From Minisyncoccota bacterium (GTDB lineage: Bacteria > Patescibacteriota > Minisyncoccia > Phycocordibacterales > UBA1006), in the NCBI GenBank assembly GCA_036405175.1, contig DASWYC010000002.1, positions 187,429 through 251,428 on the forward strand: a stretch of DNA of 64,000 bases, written 5' to 3'. The first letter of the stretch is position 1. Each line of letters starts with the position of its first letter. Shown here piece by piece: positions 62,083 through 64,000 of this stretch. A program made the translations under genes and the position numbers. The notes beneath the pieces were generated by a model, which was not told the DNA's origin, did not search any database, and saw only the letters and a list, made by a program, of their open reading frames with translations.

Positions 62083-62371
62083 AGTGTTTAATATATACCA
62101 TAAAATACTAATATTGGCAATATCAGGCAGCGTGAGTGAAAAAGAGGTATTATGAAAGTATTAAATCTTTATACAAAATGACCAGAATTGGTATACCAGG
62201 ATCCGTACATCTATCGCTTGAGGACCATACGTGCATATTCGCATTAATGATCCAATCGCTCCTTGAACTGTCCAAGAACGGACAATTAGGACCTTTTGAT
62301 GAATATGATTGAAAAAGTGCCTCGTAAATTAATTTACGAGGCTTTAGTGTATACGTGCTACACTTTTATAT

Positions 62372-62764
62372 ATGCAAACTCTTAAAACTCTCCTTGCAAT
62401 CATTATTCCACTTATTGTGATTGACGGTCTTTGGTTGTTTACTGCTGGTAAAGCAATCTATCCAAAATTTATTGGTCATTTGATGGCGCCAGATACTACC
62501 TGGATTCCAATTATTATTTTTTATCTTTTGTATACGGTTGGACTTTTTGTATATGTGGTAAATCCATCACTTCATGCCAACACCACCTGGATTGTGGTAT
62601 TAGTAAAAGGACTTTTGTTTGGATTGGTAGCGTACGGTGCATATGATTTAACTAATCACGCCACACTACTTAATTGGAAGACCCCTATGACCATCATTGA
62701 TATGGCATGGGGAGCAACCGTGACTGGGCTTGCAAGCTTGATTGCGTATTTGTGGGTAAAGTAA
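62372..62764 (+). CDS. Small integral membrane protein (130 aa, 4 TM), DUF2177-like
   Basis: Four hydrophobic helices with a conserved-looking AYGAYDLTNHATL segment. The family assignment is tentative. Confidence 0.5.
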   Translation: MQTLKTLLAIIIPLIVIDGLWLFTAGKAIYPKFIGHLMAPDTTWIPIIIFYLLYTVGLFVYVVNPSLHANTTWIVVLVKGLLFGLVAYGAYDLTNHATLLNWKTPMTIIDMAWGATVTGLASLIAYLWVK

Positions 62765-62790
62765 AATCCCTAAAAATAATTATAGGGATT
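62765..62790. terminator. Bidirectional hairpin between convergent membrane-protein genes
   Basis: aatcccta-aaaataatta-tagggatt. Confidence 0.55.
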
Positions 62791-62793
62791 AAC

Positions 62794-63228
62794 TTAACCA
62801 TATGTCAGATAGCAACTTAGAAAGATTGCTTGACCACCCACTGTTACCATAAGCATTAGTGTTTCTTGTTTATCGGATGATTTTTTTCTGGTCCTCTCTA
62901 CTTTTGGGTACATATTCTTTTTTAGAAAAAAGATTGTACATCTCACAAGCAGATATAAATGTGCTACTAGGACACAGATATTGATTAAAGTATAAAGGCC
63001 AAATAGTATCTTTACAGCCATTGGAGCGCTAAACCCCAAACCTTTGATTCCTAATTGAGCCTGTAATCCGTGCAGGAATACAAACGCAATCAATAAAAAG
63101 GCAAGTGGGATGAAACGATTTCTACGATCCATGCAGTCAGCGCTGTTATAAAAACGAAATATTAATAACCCGATTACTGCTTTTCCTACAAAAGGAAGCT
63201 TGCCAATCATTTTTGTAAAATTTTTCAT
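62794..63228 (-). CDS. Hypothetical integral membrane protein (144 aa)
   Basis: ORF with an ATG start and 3-4 hydrophobic helices. I recognise no family. Confidence 0.45.
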   Translation of the reverse strand: MKNFTKMIGKLPFVGKAVIGLLIFRFYNSADCMDRRNRFIPLAFLLIAFVFLHGLQAQLGIKGLGFSAPMAVKILFGLYTLINICVLVAHLYLLVRCTIFFLKKNMYPKVERTRKKSSDKQETLMLMVTVGGQAIFLSCYLTYG

Positions 63229-63389
63229 TGTAAAGAAAGTTTAATGTAATCCTGTACTATATAGCTTTAGGTCTTACGGTTTAATGAAATAATAGCATAT
63301 TATCTCATACTTGTCAATATATCAGTTATGTTCACACCATGAACACTTTTTTGCTTTTCTGTCAAAAATAAGCTAAAATCAATCACATT

Positions 63390-64000
63390 ATGGCTAAAGA
63401 CGCAGTAGTAATTCGCTTTGAAAACGTATCGTTTGATTACGGACCACACAAACAAACACTTGATGATGTGTCATTTTCAGTGCGCACCAAATCAAAAATC
63501 ACCCTCATGGGGCAAAACGGAGCAGGAAAGTCTACGCTTTTTGGACTCATTACCGGCGATCTTGAGCCAACTGAAGGTCGCATTCTCCGTGAACATGGCG
63601 CAACCGTGGCTATTGCTCGTCAGGTAATTCCTCGCACCCATCTTGATATGACCGTACGTGAATTTTTCCAATCAGGATTCAAAGAAAAAATCTATGACAT
63701 TGATCCACGCATCAAGAAAGTATTGGAAGCGGTAAATTTTGATACACCGTATGATCGTATTGTTCGTACGTTTTCTGGAGGACAGCAGGCACGTCTTCTT
63801 TTGGCATCAGCACTCATTCTTGAGCCAGATATTTTGTTGCTCGACGAGCCAACCAACAATCTTGATCATGCAGGTATTGAACACCTCACGCAATTTCTTG
63901 TTGACTACTCAAAGACCGTGATTGTTATTTCTCACGATGCAGACTTCCTTAATAAATTCACCCAAGGCGTGTTGTATTTGGATGTGTATACCAAAAAGAT
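63390..64000 (+). CDS. ABC-F family ATPase (EttA/Uup-like translation factor), N-terminal part; the 3' end lies outside the window
   Basis: Read by hand from the ATG at 63390: MAKDAVVIRFENVSFDYGPHKQTLDDVSFSV...LMGQNGAGKSTLFGLITGDLEPTEG (Walker A), then FSGGQQARLLLASALILEPDILLLDEPTNNLD (signature plus Walker B). There are no TM segments. TAAAAT at 63374-63379 lies upstream. Confidence 0.8.
   Translation, partial: MAKDAVVIRFENVSFDYGPHKQTLDDVSFSVRTKSKITLMGQNGAGKSTLFGLITGDLEPTEGRILREHGATVAIARQVIPRTHLDMTVREFFQSGFKEKIYDIDPRIKKVLEAVNFDTPYDRIVRTFSGGQQARLLLASALILEPDILLLDEPTNNLDHAGIEHLTQFLVDYSKTVIVISHDADFLNKFTQGVLYLDVYTKK

Noticed and set aside
1-64000. An alternative genetic code, with UGA recoded as in some CPR lineages such as Gracilibacteria/Absconditabacteria.
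   Set aside because: Long conserved proteins (TopA, ClpB, ThrS, GltX, the 2187-aa RHS protein) are intact under the standard code. TGA is used as a terminal stop, for example at 8122-8124. No in-frame TGA needs to be read through to recover conserved C-termini.
1-64000. Searched by eye for integrase, transposase, IS terminal inverted repeats, rRNA genes and cas genes.
   Set aside because: None found. The accessory content appears to be toxin, pilin-like and fibre genes, not classical mobile elements.

Overview
The window reads as a low-GC bacterial segment with standard stop-codon usage, because long intact ORFs end in TAA, TAG and TGA alike. Gene content points to a reduced-genome, CPR/Patescibacteria-like organism: IF-2 lacks its N-terminal half, ThrS lacks its TGS domain, and Rel is short. 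Shine-Dalgarno sequences are almost absent. Recurring TATACT-type -10 boxes sit 6 to 10 nt upstream of start codons, so most mRNAs look leaderless.

The core genes are:
- topA, thrS and murJ
- infB-rbfA
- clpB, miaA and smpB
- a ribosomal block infA-rpmJ-rpsM-rpsK-rpsD-rpoA-rplQ-rplM-rpsI
- the cell-wall block mraY-ftsW-murG
- gltX, hisS, rel and parB
- two ABC exporter genes, plus a partial ABC-F ATPase at the 3' edge

Three tRNAs were found by eye: Leu-TAA, Tyr-GTA and Gly-TCC. An rpmG gene that the ORF track missed lies between the Tyr and Gly tRNAs.

The accessory content is:
- A 2187-aa secreted polymorphic toxin at 15715-22278. It has a SpvB-type N-terminal domain, an FG-GAP-like beta-propeller, a YD/RHS-repeat shell with a Cys-rich insertion, an RHS core ending in a DPxG motif, and a roughly 205-aa variable C-terminal domain. 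A small candidate immunity gene follows it 24 nt downstream.
- A tandem array of six small two-helix membrane proteins at 58302-60574. They resemble VirB2/TrbC-type T4SS pilins and are driven by repeated GGTATACT boxes.
- Two secreted fibre-like proteins at 27290-30035 with domains like the endosialidase chaperone.
- A single ORF fusing a DUF1399-like domain to a TPM domain, ending in a Cys/Gly tail.
- Several candidate RNA elements: a leader with a uORF and terminator ahead of an MFS gene, a promoter-to-terminator sRNA candidate at 10972-11130, and a GC-rich structured element at 47765-47875.

No rRNA, CRISPR array, integrase or transposase was found. Coordinates I derived by hand-counting may be off by 1-2 nt.
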